From Candidatus Krumholzibacteriia bacterium (GTDB lineage: Bacteria; Krumholzibacteriota; Krumholzibacteriia; WVZY01): a stretch of 64,000 bases of DNA. Numbering within the stretch: the first letter of the stretch is position 1; each line of letters starts with the position of its first letter. The DNA lies in the NCBI GenBank assembly GCA_046754105.1, contig JBHHVD010000002.1, positions 1 through 64,000 on the forward strand, written 5' to 3'. Position numbers and translations under genes: made by a program. Under the pieces are notes generated by a model. The model had not been told where the DNA came from. It did not search any database and was given only the letters and a program-made list of their open reading frames with translations. Shown in pieces: positions 18,800-29,218 of the stretch.

Positions 18800-19888
18800 C
18801 TAGTATCCCGCCAATAGTCCTTCGTCGAGCAGCTGGGGCTCGTCCTGGCGGCACCAGCCCGAGAGGGTGTCCACCCACCGCGGATGGTCGTTGAGGCACG
18901 GGATCATCTCGAATTGCCGGCCGCCGGCCGAGAGAAACGCTTCCCTGCCGGCGATGGCGATCTCTTCGAGCGTCTCCAGGCAGTCGGTGACGAAGGCCGG
19001 GCAGATGACTTTCAAGTGCCGGACACCACACCGTGCCAGGCGCAGCAGCTCTTCTGACGTCGCTGGTTTGAGCCACGGGTCTCTCCCGAGCCGGGATTGA
19101 AACGACACCGAGTACTTCCCGCGCGGGATCTGAGCTCGTTGAGCGAGGAGCTCGGTGGTCCTCAGCACCTGGTGCCGGTAACACGTGCGATGCGCCGGCG
19201 ATCTGCGCTCGCAGCACTGCGCTTCCCGCAGGCAGTGGCTACCGGTGGGATCGCTCTTGCGAAGATGCCGCTCCGGCAAACCGTGGTAACTGAACAGCAG
19301 GTGATCCATGTCATCTTCGATCCGCTCGCGCGCGCTCATCCACAACGCGTCGATGTAATCCGGGTGCTCGTAGAACGGTGCCATCACGTTCAGTTTAATC
19401 GGCCTTCGCGTCTTGTCGACCGCCTTTTTCACCTCGACCACCGAGCTCTCGTAACTGGACATGGCGTAGTGCGGATACAGAGGGACCATGAGGATCTCTC
19501 CGGGCATCCGCTCGTTCGCGATACGGTCGACGACGTCCGGGATGGACGGGTTGCCGTAGCGCATCGCCAGCTCGACCGGCTGTGACAACTTCTCGGACAG
19601 GAGTGCCTGCACCCTGCGGCTGGTAGTGATGAGCGGCGAGCCCGCTGGGGACCAGATCGACCGGTAGGCGGCCGCCGACCGCGCGGGCCTGAAGGGGAGA
19701 ATCGTGCACGTCACGATGAACTTCCGCAGGGGCCACGGGACGTCGATCACCCGGCCGTCCATCAAGAACTGGTGAAGGTATCGACGAAGGTCGCGTGGCG
19801 TGGGTGCGTCCGGCGAGCCGAGGTTGACCAGCAGCACGCAGCGCGCCGGTGTCGGTTGCACGGGCTTGCTCGCGGTCGTGCCCATCAA
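18800..19888 (-). CDS. hemH: ferrochelatase
   Basis: LVNLGSP, MRYGNP, LYPHY, SYHGLP, FQSRLG, DCLETLEEI. Confidence 0.96.
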   Translation of the reverse strand: MMGTTASKPVQPTPARCVLLVNLGSPDAPTPRDLRRYLHQFLMDGRVIDVPWPLRKFIVTCTILPFRPARSAAAYRSIWSPAGSPLITTSRRVQALLSEKLSQPVELAMRYGNPSIPDVVDRIANERMPGEILMVPLYPHYAMSSYESSVVEVKKAVDKTRRPIKLNVMAPFYEHPDYIDALWMSARERIEDDMDHLLFSYHGLPERHLRKSDPTGSHCLREAQCCERRSPAHRTCYRHQVLRTTELLAQRAQIPRGKYSVSFQSRLGRDPWLKPATSEELLRLARCGVRHLKVICPAFVTDCLETLEEIAIAGREAFLSAGGRQFEMIPCLNDHPRWVDTLSGWCRQDEPQLLDEGLLAGY

Positions 19889-21285
19889 ACGGTTCGGGAA
19901 TAGATCTGCTGGCCGCCGTCGCTGCCTTCCTGCAGGTAGCGGTCGAATTCCATGGCGATGTTGCGGATAACCAGGCGGCCGTTCTCGTGGACCTGCAGCC
20001 GGTCGGGCAGGCGGGACACCAGTCCGTCATCGACGAACTTGTCGAGCCGGGCGAGCGAGTCGGCAAAGTAATCGTCGAAGTCGACTCCGTATCGACCCTC
20101 GACGTGTGACTTGACGACGCGGCTGTTGCACATCAGTTCCGTGATCACGTAGCGACGGAGCTGGTCGTCATCGTCGAGCCGGCAGCCGGCAAAGATCGGG
20201 AGGTTTCCGTTGCTGATTTCGGTCTTGTATTCCTTGATCGTCTTCCGGTTCTGCGCGTAGACGTTTCTCAACTGACTGATCGACGACACGCCCATGGCGT
20301 AGATCTCCAGTTCGGCGTGCGTACTGTACCCCTGGAAGTTGCGGTGGAGTGAGTGGTCCTCCAGCGCTGCCGACAACTCGTCGCCCGGCTTGGCGAAATG
20401 GTCCATGCCGATATAGACGTACCCGGCACCGGTGAGGCGGTCGATCACCATCTTGAGGATACGGAGGCGATCGCTCGCATCCGGCAGCGACCTTTCGGCA
20501 AAGACCCGCTGATGCTTCTTCAACCACGGCACGTGGGCGTAGTTAAAGACGGCCAGCCGGTCCGGGGAGATATCGACGATCTTATCGACCGTCGACTCGT
20601 ACGACCGCAGAGTTTGATACGGCAGGCCGTAGATCAAATCGACGTTGACCGAGTCGAACTCCAATTCGCGGCTCTTCTCCACCACGGCGCGGGTCAGCGC
20701 TTCCGGCTGTATGCGGTTGATCGTCTCCTGGACCTTGTCATCGAAATCCTGCACCCCGTAGCTAACGCGGTTGAAGCCCACCTCGCGGATCACCGGCAGG
20801 TGGTCGTCCTCGAGCCGCCGCGGGTCGATTTCGATGCTCACCTCCGCATCGCCGGCGAAATGGAATCTCTTGCGAATGTGGGCGACGGTCTCCTGTATCT
20901 GTACCGGGGTCAGAAACGTAGGCGTACCGCCTCCCCAGTGCATCTGGACGACACGCCGATCCGCTCCCATGAGCCCGGCGACGAGATCGATTTCCTTGCG
21001 CAGGTGCGATAGATAGTCCGAGATCTGGTTGCGATCGTGGGTGATCGTCATGTTGCAGCCGCAGAAGTAACAGAGCGACTGGCAAAACGGAAAGTGAAAA
21101 TAGAGGGAGAGCCCGGGAAGGTCGCCGCCCCGGTTGGACGCCACGATCTCTTCCCTGTACTGGTCGGGCCCCAACGCCCCACTGAAATGCGGCGCGGTCG
21201 GGTAGCTGGTATACCTCGGCCCCGGGCGGTCGTATTTCTGCAGCAGCTCGAGGTCAACGCTCATGCCGTGAGTACCATGCGCCAT
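19885..21285 (-). CDS. hemN: oxygen-independent coproporphyrinogen III dehydrogenase (radical SAM)
   Basis: KYDRPGPRYTSYP, CQSLCYFCGC, HWGGGTPT, IGMDHF, RNFQGY. Confidence 0.96.
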   Translation of the reverse strand: MAHGTHGMSVDLELLQKYDRPGPRYTSYPTAPHFSGALGPDQYREEIVASNRGGDLPGLSLYFHFPFCQSLCYFCGCNMTITHDRNQISDYLSHLRKEIDLVAGLMGADRRVVQMHWGGGTPTFLTPVQIQETVAHIRKRFHFAGDAEVSIEIDPRRLEDDHLPVIREVGFNRVSYGVQDFDDKVQETINRIQPEALTRAVVEKSRELEFDSVNVDLIYGLPYQTLRSYESTVDKIVDISPDRLAVFNYAHVPWLKKHQRVFAERSLPDASDRLRILKMVIDRLTGAGYVYIGMDHFAKPGDELSAALEDHSLHRNFQGYSTHAELEIYAMGVSSISQLRNVYAQNRKTIKEYKTEISNGNLPIFAGCRLDDDDQLRRYVITELMCNSRVVKSHVEGRYGVDFDDYFADSLARLDKFVDDGLVSRLPDRLQVHENGRLVIRNIAMEFDRYLQEGSDGGQQIYSRTV

Positions 21286-21381
21286 GCGGCTCCTGTTAGT
21301 GTATTGTATTTGGTTGCAAGGGATTACGCGATGTAAAATCGCACGCTCGCGCTCTGATTAGACACGAAACGCGCGAACACT

Positions 21382-21651
21382 TCAATAGGTATATAACGCC
21401 CGCCGCGGCCCCCGGGCAAGGCCTATCGACGCGGCGTCGCCGCCCGCGTTGCCGAAGATATTGTTGCACAAGAGCGTCGGCGCGGCGGTTCCGAGACACC
21501 GTATGCCCTCACCGTTGACGTTGCCCGCCCCACTGTAGGGGCCCGCAGCGACGAGCACGGTGTCGCCGTCCGCCGCCAGATGGATACCGGCCTGGATGGT
21601 TGCGGCGTGGCCGGTCACTGCCCGAGGCTTGGCTGCCCCGGGAGCGCCCAT
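21382..21651 (-). pseudogene. remnant of a right-handed beta-helix repeat protein
   Basis: TIQAGI..A.DGDTVLVAAGPY N-terminal motif joined directly to a GIRC...CNNIFGN late segment; only 89 aa. Confidence 0.55.
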
Positions 21652-22013
21652 AATGGAGCAGATGAAAAGATGCTCGTTATGTGTTGTGATATAATCACTT
21701 AGACAGCGACAACTTCACGGCACGGTGCCCCCCCGGGGGCCCGCCCACACTCGGGCGGGCCTCGGGAACGCCGCCAAACGGCCGTGGCGATTGTGGGATT
21801 TTTTTCGTAGCTTCGGTACCCTCAATTACGTCATTTCCCCAGCGATACACGGCCGGAGGCGGCAAGGGAGAGATTCACGGGCCACACCTCCCCCGGATGC
21901 CTCGTGGCACCCGTGGCACACCGGTTGTGTCGCCATGGCAGCTCGCTGCTGGAGGTGTACCGCTTCCTTCCGCGACCGCGTACGCATGCTGGCAAAAAGC
22001 CAGGGTGGCCCGT

Positions 22014-22619
22014 TCAGAAGCGGTAGCCCACTGTCGCCGTGAAGGTGGGCACCACTGCCGTGGCTTCTCCCGGTGCACTGAACACGAAGAAGGTCGGTAT
22101 CTGAGCGCGGACGTCGAGTTGCTCCGTGAAGCGGTGACCGATACCGAAGTTCACGATCGTGCCGCCCGAGGTCGCATCTTCCGCCTGCATACTTCCTCCG
22201 CCCGGTAGCGCAGTGCCGAGCGAGGTATCGGTCAGGCTGCGTTCTTCCCAATCGACGGAGATGGCGCCCACACCGACACCCGCGACGAAGTACGGGCCGG
22301 GTTTCTCGAGCGAGTACAGAAAAAGGTAATTGGCGATGGCGCCGACGACGAAAATGTCCGTCGTCTCGTCGTAGGTGTGAATGCCTTCATTGGTCGATTC
22401 GTCAAAACTGCCACCGAAGAAGGCAAGGCTCAGCTCGACGCCGTTGAATCCCAGCGCTCTCGTGTAGTTGATCTCGGCTCCGAATGCCAGCCCTCCCGAT
22501 ATGTCGGTACCGATACCACCGCGCAGCCCGACCCCGTCCGCCAGTTGGGCGTACGCGGTGCCCCCTACCGCAAAGACGAGGCACATCACGATCGATCCGC
22601 ATCGCATCAGCCTTTTCAT
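22014..22619 (-). CDS. outer membrane beta-barrel protein (OmpA-like 8-strand)
   Basis: Signal peptide AYA-Q, PYFVAGVGVG, C-terminal VGYRF; RBS GAGGAG. Confidence 0.82.
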   Translation of the reverse strand: MKRLMRCGSIVMCLVFAVGGTAYAQLADGVGLRGGIGTDISGGLAFGAEINYTRALGFNGVELSLAFFGGSFDESTNEGIHTYDETTDIFVVGAIANYLFLYSLEKPGPYFVAGVGVGAISVDWEERSLTDTSLGTALPGGGSMQAEDATSGGTIVNFGIGHRFTEQLDVRAQIPTFFVFSAPGEATAVVPTFTATVGYRF

Positions 22620-23060
22620 ACAAACTCCTCTCTCCCCCGGCCTCGGGGGCAATGGTGTTGGACGAACCCCTACGGAAGCGACCGGGCCGGAATGGTGTCC
22701 ATTCGCCAGGCCACGGCAGGGGTGCAGCACAGCCCATTATCCTCGCGCAGCGTATCAGGGGTGTGAAACGATGTCAAAGGGTACACCGGGCGTACGCGCG
22801 CCACAAACAGTAGGACACCGTCAATCGACACTTATCACAGACGAATTAGCGTCGATGCGTCCAAAACAGGAATCGCGGGGTCAGCGGGCCGGGCACCGGA
22901 ACGGGGGCACTCCGGCTTTAGACAATCCCCGCCGTCGACCCCCATTCCCGCGCGCCGGCCCAAACGGTCGTATGCCGGCCTTGACGCATTGAGGTCCGTC
23001 CGCCCACGGCAGAACGTCTTTGCCCTCGATCCGCGACCGCTGAAATATTATGATCGTCCG

Positions 23061-24227
23061 ATGATAAACCGGCTCCTCAGACGCGAGTTCGTCGCCCGCC
23101 TCGTCCTCGTCGCCGTGGGCCTCCTCCTGGCTCCGGTGTCTGGAGAGATCGCCCTGCGCATCGTATACGCCGACAAGTTCGGAAAACGCCCGTTGTTCTA
23201 CGTCGCGGATGACACGCTGGGATACAAGCCGAATGCGGACCTCGACCACACCTTTTACGGGCGTGATTTCCGCATCACGATGCGAACCGACGCAGAGGGA
23301 TACCGGCTCGGCAGCCTCGGCGAGGTGGGCTTCGACAAGCGGCTGGTGCTGTTGTCCGGCGACTCGAACGTATTCGGCTGGGGCGTATCCACAGACGAGA
23401 CCTGCGCGTCCTTCCTCGACGAATATCTCTCCGAGATATCGCACGGCGGCACCCGCGTTGTGAATCTGGGTGTGGGCGGCTATGGTACCTTGCAATACTA
23501 CGTGCGGCTGGCCCGCTTTCTCGAACGCCATGCAGAGGCCCAAATCCCCGCGCTGTTCGTCGTCCATGCGCCAAACGACGCCACAGACAACGTAGAAGCA
23601 ACGGCGTACCACGCGGGGTACCGGCAAACACGCGACAAGGCGCCTCGATCGAGAAGCTCGTTTCACATGGTCAACTTCGTCGGGTATCTTTTGCGCGCCC
23701 GCACACACGCGGATTCGCTACGCGAGTCCCCCGGCAAGCAGGGCGTTATCGACCCGTATCTCCAGGATATGCTGTTCGGATTCGAGCACTCCCATTCCCG
23801 GCGCTTCCCTGCACGCATTCGGGTGGGTCGAAGGTCTTTGGACCTCACGGGCGTCACCGCCAGGGACTGGGACGTCATCATGACCTACAAGCGCAAGCAG
23901 CTGACCCGGATCCAGCGCCAGCTTGCGTTGCTGTCCGTCAACCTGATACACGATGCGCTTGCCGGTCGCAATACGACGATCTTTCATGTCATTCTCCCCG
24001 TCGCCGAGGACTGGTACGCTCTGGAGTGGTCGCGGATATTGAAACGGGCGGCGCCCAGCGAGGGCAATCGGGTCGTGCTGCTGGGCCGATACCCCGACGT
24101 CGCCTCGTACGAAGGAGAGCTGCGAAACGCCCACAGCGGTGGCCATTTCACACCTGCGTTCAACCGTTACTGGGCCGAGAGGCTCGCCGAGGTCCTGCGG
24201 GAACACGAGATCGTCGCGGTCCCGTAG
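23061..24227 (+). CDS. membrane-anchored SGNH/GDSL-fold protein
   Basis: N-terminal TM + EIALR, GDSNVFGWGV, NLGVGGYG, ND, GGHF. Confidence 0.78.
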   Translation: MINRLLRREFVARLVLVAVGLLLAPVSGEIALRIVYADKFGKRPLFYVADDTLGYKPNADLDHTFYGRDFRITMRTDAEGYRLGSLGEVGFDKRLVLLSGDSNVFGWGVSTDETCASFLDEYLSEISHGGTRVVNLGVGGYGTLQYYVRLARFLERHAEAQIPALFVVHAPNDATDNVEATAYHAGYRQTRDKAPRSRSSFHMVNFVGYLLRARTHADSLRESPGKQGVIDPYLQDMLFGFEHSHSRRFPARIRVGRRSLDLTGVTARDWDVIMTYKRKQLTRIQRQLALLSVNLIHDALAGRNTTIFHVILPVAEDWYALEWSRILKRAAPSEGNRVVLLGRYPDVASYEGELRNAHSGGHFTPAFNRYWAERLAEVLREHEIVAVP

Positions 24228-24348
24228 CCTCCTCTATCGGACGCGCACGACCTGGCGCGCAAGCGCGCTTGCGCGTCCCGCGTATGTCACGTGTCATTGA
24301 TACAGCCCCACGGACGGCGAGGCGCTCTCTACAACAGTGGGCCCCTGC

Positions 24349-25857
24349 CTAGCGGGATCGGCCCCTGACCTCGCTCAGCGTATAGACGTGTCCTTCCCGA
24401 TCCACCATCAGCACGCGCGTTCCCGGTGATTCCCCCCTGGATATCCACTGGCGGTCCGGCTCGAGGACGACGTTTATGGACGGATCGCCGAGAGCCATCG
24501 CGACCAACGCACCATTGCCCAGAGCCCAAAACAGATCCCGCTTTCGTCCCCCGGTATCCACCTGTTGCCAATCGTAATAAACCATGTGCACGGTTCGAAT
24601 CCCCTGCCCGTTGCCGACCTTTGAGACGATGTCGTCATGAATGGTACGGCCGAGCCGCGACCGGCGGATGACGAAGCTGGCATCGGCCCACACACGAGGA
24701 TCCGATGCCCGCCGCAACTGGGTATGGACGGACACGAGGGATGTGCCAAACAATCCCGCCACGAGGACCGACGCCGTGACGACGCGGGCCCGCGGCGCGC
24801 GCAGAGCGCGGATGCGAAAGAGATCGCTCAGTGCCAGCGCCGAGAGGTAAAAGACGCCCAGCGCCGCCGGGTAGGTGTGGTAGTAGAACTCGTGCTCGCG
24901 GAGGAACAACGTGGGAAACAACGTGGCCAGTACGAACGCGCCGGCGAAGACCACCGGCGTGACGCGGCGCCGTACGAGATGATACCCGACGAGTGCGACG
25001 AGAATCACGTGCGTCACCCGGGGGGCCAGGGGCGCCGCGGTGATCCGGTTCGACACGGCCGGCCAGGGGTTGGTCATAGCGCCGAGGTAGGCGGCGAGGT
25101 TCTCGAGCACGTTCCTGCCGTACGCAAACCCCGCATAACCGGAGTCGGGCACGCCCTTGAACACGCGGGCGAGTGTGTACACGCTGAAAACCAGCACGTG
25201 GGGCCACAGCGTCCGCAGGATTTCGGAGGGCGAGCGGCGCCGGCCTCCGATACCGAGCGCAGCCAGCACGACGAGCAGCGGGCCGGCGGCGAACGTCTGT
25301 TCGAGGCTCAGGACGGCGAGCACGTAGGCCAGCGCCGATACGAACCCCAGAGGGCGGGATCGCTCCTGCACGGCACGAATCCCCGTCCACAGACAAGTGA
25401 GGAAAAAAAGCGTGCCGGCGAGCTGCTGGATGCAGGCGACCCATGCCACGGCGTTCAGGAAGGCGACGTTCATCCCGAACAACGCGCTCGCCAGTACCGC
25501 CGGCAGCCGGCGGACTCCCAGCCGGCCGATCACCTTGAAAACCAGCCACGTATTGGCAACGTGGACGAGGAGGGAGACGAGGTGGTAGGCGAACGGCTTG
25601 AGGCCGAAGGCCGCGTACATGACAGCGAAGTAGAGGTATTTCGTCAGCGGGCGGTAGTGGTGCTTGGTAAACGCGAACCCCCAGCCCGGCTCGTTCACGG
25701 CACGCTGCATCAACATGAAGTCGTCCTGCGCGAAGAACAGGACCAGCACGGGCAGGAATGTCACCGCGGTGAGCACCAGCGTCGAGGCCAGCAAGGCCCG
25801 CACCGGACCGCGCCGGCCATCGGGGAATTCGTCGCGTAAAGTGTCGCTGGACGTCAT
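24349..25857 (-). CDS. GT-C fold polytopic membrane glycosyltransferase (ArnT/PMT-like)
   Basis: FFAQDDF, YRPLTKY, YHLVSLLVH, many TMs. Confidence 0.72.
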   Translation of the reverse strand: MTSSDTLRDEFPDGRRGPVRALLASTLVLTAVTFLPVLVLFFAQDDFMLMQRAVNEPGWGFAFTKHHYRPLTKYLYFAVMYAAFGLKPFAYHLVSLLVHVANTWLVFKVIGRLGVRRLPAVLASALFGMNVAFLNAVAWVACIQQLAGTLFFLTCLWTGIRAVQERSRPLGFVSALAYVLAVLSLEQTFAAGPLLVVLAALGIGGRRRSPSEILRTLWPHVLVFSVYTLARVFKGVPDSGYAGFAYGRNVLENLAAYLGAMTNPWPAVSNRITAAPLAPRVTHVILVALVGYHLVRRRVTPVVFAGAFVLATLFPTLFLREHEFYYHTYPAALGVFYLSALALSDLFRIRALRAPRARVVTASVLVAGLFGTSLVSVHTQLRRASDPRVWADASFVIRRSRLGRTIHDDIVSKVGNGQGIRTVHMVYYDWQQVDTGGRKRDLFWALGNGALVAMALGDPSINVVLEPDRQWISRGESPGTRVLMVDREGHVYTLSEVRGRSR

Positions 25858-26103
25858 GATCGCGTCAGGGCGGGCAAGCGCCGCTTTCCCCGCTGGCCGC
25901 ATCGTACCACAACCAGCGGCGATGCGATTTCATTTTCCTTGAGAATGGTAAAGGCGCCGTTCGTCCGTTCGACACGTGCCCGGGAGGCTTGGGCCGTGGT
26001 ATGCTCGTCCGGCTCCCGGGCGCGGGCCTCCCGCGTGCCGACGAGCACGCTCGGCACGTGATGCTTTCGAAGGGGTTTGTGTTGACACGAAGTTGTTATA
26101 CGA

Positions 26104-26979
26104 ATGGCTGCTAGCGCCGCACGGCTGCGAACGACGATCCTGACCGGGTTGGCTCTGGTGGCGTTCGCCGGGAACTCCGTCCTGTGCCGTCTGGCCTTGG
26201 GTGATGCGGCCATCGACGCGTCCAGCTTCTCGACCCTCCGCCTGGTGTCGGGCGCGTTGACACTGTCGCTGATCGCCGTCGTACCGGGGAGAAAGACGAC
26301 CGTACGGCACGGCGGTGGCTGGCTCCCGGCAACGATGCTGTTTCTCTACGCGGTCGCCTTTTCGTTCGCGTACATGAGTCTAAGCACGGCCACGGGTGCT
26401 CTTATCCTGTTTGGTGCCGTACAGGCCACCATGATTCTGTCGGCCCTGGCCTTCGGAGAGCGACCACGTCCATTGGAGTGGATCGGACTCGGGCTCGCCC
26501 TCTGCGGACTGGTTTACCTCGTGCTCCCCGGGCTGGCCGCGCCCTCCCCCGCCGGGTCCGCACTGATGACGGTTGCCGGTATCGCGTGGGGCGCCTATTC
26601 ACTCAGGGGCCGGGGCGCCGGCGATCCCACCGCGGCAACGACCGGCAATTTCGTGCGCTCCGTACCGCTGGTTGTCGCGGTTAGCGTAATCATGCTAAAA
26701 CACATCCACATTTCACCGCGGGGCGCGCTGCTCGCGGCTTCATCCGGCGCCATCGCTTCGGGGTTGGGCTACGTGGCCTGGTACGCCGCACTCCGTGGGC
26801 TCACCGCGACACGGGCTGCGATGGTGCAACTTGCCGTACCCGTGCTGGCAGCGCTGGGAGGCGTAGCCGTGCTCTCCGAGGAAGTCTCCTTGCGCCTGCT
26901 CATGTCGGCGATTCTCATACTGGGCGGGATCGGTCTGTCCGTAACGGGTGGCAGGACGTCCCGGGAGCGGGGATCGTAA
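26104..26979 (+). CDS. DMT/EamA family transporter
   Basis: AFAGNSVLCRLAL, about 10 TM, SGLGYVAWY, VQLAVPV. Confidence 0.88.
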   Translation: MAASAARLRTTILTGLALVAFAGNSVLCRLALGDAAIDASSFSTLRLVSGALTLSLIAVVPGRKTTVRHGGGWLPATMLFLYAVAFSFAYMSLSTATGALILFGAVQATMILSALAFGERPRPLEWIGLGLALCGLVYLVLPGLAAPSPAGSALMTVAGIAWGAYSLRGRGAGDPTAATTGNFVRSVPLVVAVSVIMLKHIHISPRGALLAASSGAIASGLGYVAWYAALRGLTATRAAMVQLAVPVLAALGGVAVLSEEVSLRLLMSAILILGGIGLSVTGGRTSRERGS

Positions 26980-27048
26980 CCGGTCGGACGGCATGCCATC
27001 CAACCGGCAGCTTGACATACGGCAACTCCGGCGCCCGGAAGGAAGGGT

Positions 27049-28566
27049 TCATTCGCCGGGAAGCTGCCGGCGGGCCCTCATCTCCTCTACGGTGTAACAA
27101 TGGCCGAGGTAATCGAAGAAAAAGACCGCCGAACCGGCCCCATGATCCGGCATGCCTTCCTTGGCCTCTTGAAACCTTACATCCAGTCCCGGAGCCGAGA
27201 AAAACAACCGAAAGGCGTCTCCATCCGCCAGCGCCGACATCACGTTCTTTCCCTGCCAGCCCATCTCGCCGGGATATACCATGAGAAGTCTCCCATGCCG
27301 GTAGATGTTCGCGGCGTTGCGCATCATGTCGTCGTAGGCGTTCCTGGCGATCACGGCTCTCCGGAAGACGACGTGCCTGCGCATCTCGCCGCTCGATCCC
27401 AACGTGCTGGTCTCGTTCGCCCGGACTTTTGTATAGGAGATGACCGAGAGCATGATTACGATGGCCGCCGCAGACAAGCGTGCGAACCGCGGACCCGCCG
27501 CGCGCAGGACCGAATACAAATCCTCGACCACCGGCGCCACCAGGTAGAGCATGCCGAAGGCCGGCACATAGTTGTGCGTGAACGCCTTGTGTTGCTGCAG
27601 GAAGAGAACGGGAAGAAGGGCGAGGAGATAGAAGGAAACACCGAGAATCACCGTGTCCCCGCGTCCCCGCGAGAGGTTATAGACGATGACCAGCAACAGG
27701 ATAAAATGAGCCGACGTGATTCCAGGCGAATATGCATTGAACGCGAAGGGGACCTCAATCGCCAGATCGAACATCCAATCCACGTAGGTCAGGACGTTGG
27801 AGAGGACGTTCCAACCGGCGGCGAACTCGTACGGGCCGGATCTGGGTATCCCGCGCCGGATGAATACGAACAGAAGATAAACCGCCATGGCGGTGAGAAG
27901 AGGCCACGTGCGGCGCAGGGCCGATGCGAGGCGTTCACGGAGCGGTCTCGCCTTGTCCTGCAGAAGAAAAAACACCACGAGAAAGAGCGGAATGGCGCAG
28001 GTTTGCTCCATGGCTGCGAGCGCGAGCACGTAGGTCACGGCACTCGCCGTTGTGAAAAACAATCGGCTCCGTCCCTGTGTGCGCAGGGCAAGGTGGAGCG
28101 TACTCAGCGCCAGCAGCGCTGATAACAGTTGCTGTATGCAGGAAATCCAGGCGATGACGCTCAGAAAGCCGACGTGCAAGGCGAAGAACAACGTCACGAC
28201 GAGAGCCGGCACCCGGCTGATTCTCAAACGCCTCAGCAGCAGAAAGATCAACACGGAGTTCAAGAAATGCAGTACCAGGGACACGATGTGATACGGCAGT
28301 GGATTGAGTCCGAACAGCGGGTACATGAGCCGAAAGTAGATGTATTTGGTAAGCGGTCGAAACTGCCCCGGCGCCGAACCGAACGTAATGGCCATCGATG
28401 ATTTCATCGAAAAGTTCGCCGCGTACATGAGCCCGAAATCGTCCTGGGCAAAGAAATAGCCCGTCGTAGGCAAGAAGCAAACCACGATCAGCAACGCAAT
28501 ACCGGCGAGCGCCAGGACGGTGGCGCCCCTGCGATTCCGTGCTTCGTTCATAGTCTCTGCTGTCAT
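27049..28566 (-). CDS. GT-C fold polytopic membrane glycosyltransferase (paralog of 24349-25857)
   Basis: FFAQDDF, FRPLTKY, YHIVSLVLH, WISCIQQL; start uncertain (28551 or 28566). Confidence 0.72.
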   Translation of the reverse strand: MTAETMNEARNRRGATVLALAGIALLIVVCFLPTTGYFFAQDDFGLMYAANFSMKSSMAITFGSAPGQFRPLTKYIYFRLMYPLFGLNPLPYHIVSLVLHFLNSVLIFLLLRRLRISRVPALVVTLFFALHVGFLSVIAWISCIQQLLSALLALSTLHLALRTQGRSRLFFTTASAVTYVLALAAMEQTCAIPLFLVVFFLLQDKARPLRERLASALRRTWPLLTAMAVYLLFVFIRRGIPRSGPYEFAAGWNVLSNVLTYVDWMFDLAIEVPFAFNAYSPGITSAHFILLLVIVYNLSRGRGDTVILGVSFYLLALLPVLFLQQHKAFTHNYVPAFGMLYLVAPVVEDLYSVLRAAGPRFARLSAAAIVIMLSVISYTKVRANETSTLGSSGEMRRHVVFRRAVIARNAYDDMMRNAANIYRHGRLLMVYPGEMGWQGKNVMSALADGDAFRLFFSAPGLDVRFQEAKEGMPDHGAGSAVFFFDYLGHCYTVEEMRARRQLPGE

Positions 28567-28593
28567 AACGGAGGGCGCCGCGCGGCGATAATA

Positions 28594-28670
28594 TGGTGCC
28601 CCCGAGACGATTCGAACGTCCGACACCCGGTTTAGGAAACCGGTGCTCTATCCAACTGAGCTACGGGGGC
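28594..28670 (-). tRNA. tRNA-Arg(CCT)
   Basis: Cloverleaf GCCCCCG...CGGGGGCACCA; anticodon loop TT-CCT-AA; GTTCGAATC. Confidence 0.96.
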
Positions 28671-28693
28671 ACGTTGTTTAGAAGGTAACCGGA

Positions 28694-29218
28694 TCAGTCG
28701 TACTGGATCAACGAAAACACGGGGGTGCCGTCGAGCTTCGCACGCCCGCCGAGTCCCTCAAGCTCGATGACGAAGCCCACTTCGATCACTTCCCCACCGA
28801 GTTTGTTCACCAGGGCCACGGACGCCGCGGCGGTGCCACCGGTCGCGAGCAGGTCATCGAACAACAGCACGCGGTCCCCGGGGGATACCGCGTCCTTGTG
28901 GATCTCGAGTGTCGATTCGCCGTACTCGAGCAGATAGGATTCGGCTACCGTCTCATAAGGCAGCTTGCCGGGTTTGCGCAGCGGCACGAACGCGGCTCCC
29001 AGGCTGTAGGACAGCGGCGCGGCAAAAAGAAACCCACGCGACTCGATGGCGACGATCTTGTCGATGCGACTGCCCTCATAGCGCTCGCGCAGCAGGTCGA
29101 TCGTGCTTCGAAACGCGTCCGGGTTCATCAACAGCGGCGTGATGTCCCTGAAGAGGATCCCCGGCTTCGGAAAATCGGGGATGTCTCGGATATGCGATTT
29201 CAATTGCTCGGTGTTCAT
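28694..29218 (-). CDS. apt: adenine phosphoribosyltransferase
   Basis: [38 protein letters not shown]. Confidence 0.96.
   Translation of the reverse strand: MNTEQLKSHIRDIPDFPKPGILFRDITPLLMNPDAFRSTIDLLRERYEGSRIDKIVAIESRGFLFAAPLSYSLGAAFVPLRKPGKLPYETVAESYLLEYGESTLEIHKDAVSPGDRVLLFDDLLATGGTAAASVALVNKLGGEVIEVGFVIELEGLGGRAKLDGTPVFSLIQYD

Noticed and set aside
21684..21700. TTGTGATATAATCACTT as a Rex/CRP site near hemN
   Set aside because: Half-site spacing is one base short of consensus and it lies about 400 nt from the hemN start.
21724..21732. GGTGCCCCC match to the tRNA-Arg 3' end as a possible att repeat
   Set aside because: Only 9 nt in GC-rich DNA, recurs at about 22557, and no integrase is nearby.
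21914..21929. Fourth sigma-54-like motif TGGCACACCGGTTGTG
   Set aside because: The -12 element is GT rather than GC and no credible same-strand gene follows.
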